From the NCBI GenBank assembly GCA_016218805.1, contig JACRCW010000124.1:1-36896 (forward strand): DNA of 36,896 nt, given 5' to 3'. Origin of the DNA: Deltaproteobacteria bacterium (GTDB lineage: Bacteria > Myxococcota > JACRCW01). The first letter of the stretch is position 1; every line of letters begins with the position of its first letter. This document shows positions 36,544 through 36,896 of the stretch, in pieces. The notes beneath the pieces are model-generated. The model was not told the origin of the DNA. It ran no database searches and saw only the letters and a list, made by a program, of their open reading frames with translations. Both the position numbers and the translations under genes were made by a program.

Positions 36544-36896
36544 ATGGCGGACGCGGTCCAATACTCCGGGCGGGAGGCGCGTCCACGTTGCGTGGCTGGC
36601 CTGCGCGGGATCCTGCTGGTGCTGGTGTGCGCGGTGGCGCCGGGGCCCGCCGCGGGGCAGGGGTTCCCCGCCGCACCGCCCGTGGTGCGGCGCGTGCCGG
36701 CGGGGCCGGACACCGGGCTGGTTCCCGTGGTGCCGCCGCCGGGTGACTGGGTGGAGGAGCCGCGCGAAGTGCCGGTGGACCCCGCGGTGGCCGAGTCGCT
36801 CGCGCGCGTGGCGGTGCGCGGGGGCCACGGCGCGGCGGGTCCGTGGCTGCTGCTGGGTGGCGCGCGGTGGGGGCCCGCGCTGGCGGCGTGGGGGGC
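36544..36896 (+). CDS. Partial hypothetical exported protein running off the right edge
   Basis: Frame is open from ATG 36544 to the window end, with GC3-rich codons and hydrophobic GILLVLVCAVA. Start is uncertain. Confidence 0.45.
   Translation, partial: MADAVQYSGREARPRCVAGLRGILLVLVCAVAPGPAAGQGFPAAPPVVRRVPAGPDTGLVPVVPPPGDWVEEPREVPVDPAVAESLARVAVRGGHGAAGPWLLLGGARWGPALAAWG

Overview
High-GC bacterial DNA. The many Cys-rich lipoproteins with DAG/DGG and Ser/Gly linkers suggest a Myxococcota-like organism (inference). Bases 1-~3300 form a compositionally distinct accessory stretch. It holds a candidate minus-strand small RNA, a 43-bp-phased operator-like array, a winged-HTH-like pseudogene split by a 270-bp MITE with a target-site duplication, and a coupled PD-(D/E)XK nuclease + unknown gene pair. 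The remainder is a mixed chromosomal region: OsmC, TrmH, several large surface lipoproteins, a VapBC-type TA pair, a START protein, mug, aldolase II, PaaI, GNAT, PLD, FHA, cNMP-uridine kinase, hydrolases, GH25, TrxC, a RavA-like ATPase, an RCK channel and a SecA paralog. Main leads: (1) a B12 radical SAM enzyme fused to an internal signal-like segment and 8 xxDP(L/V/P)P repeats, possibly a self-substrate; (2) a signal-bearing leader ORF whose last codons can pair with the Shine-Dalgarno of the downstream secA paralog, a SecM/MifM-like layout; (3) an encapsulin-ferritin-like protein lacking all ferroxidase residues. All family calls come from motif recognition by eye; no database search was run. 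No rRNA, tRNA or CRISPR array was seen.
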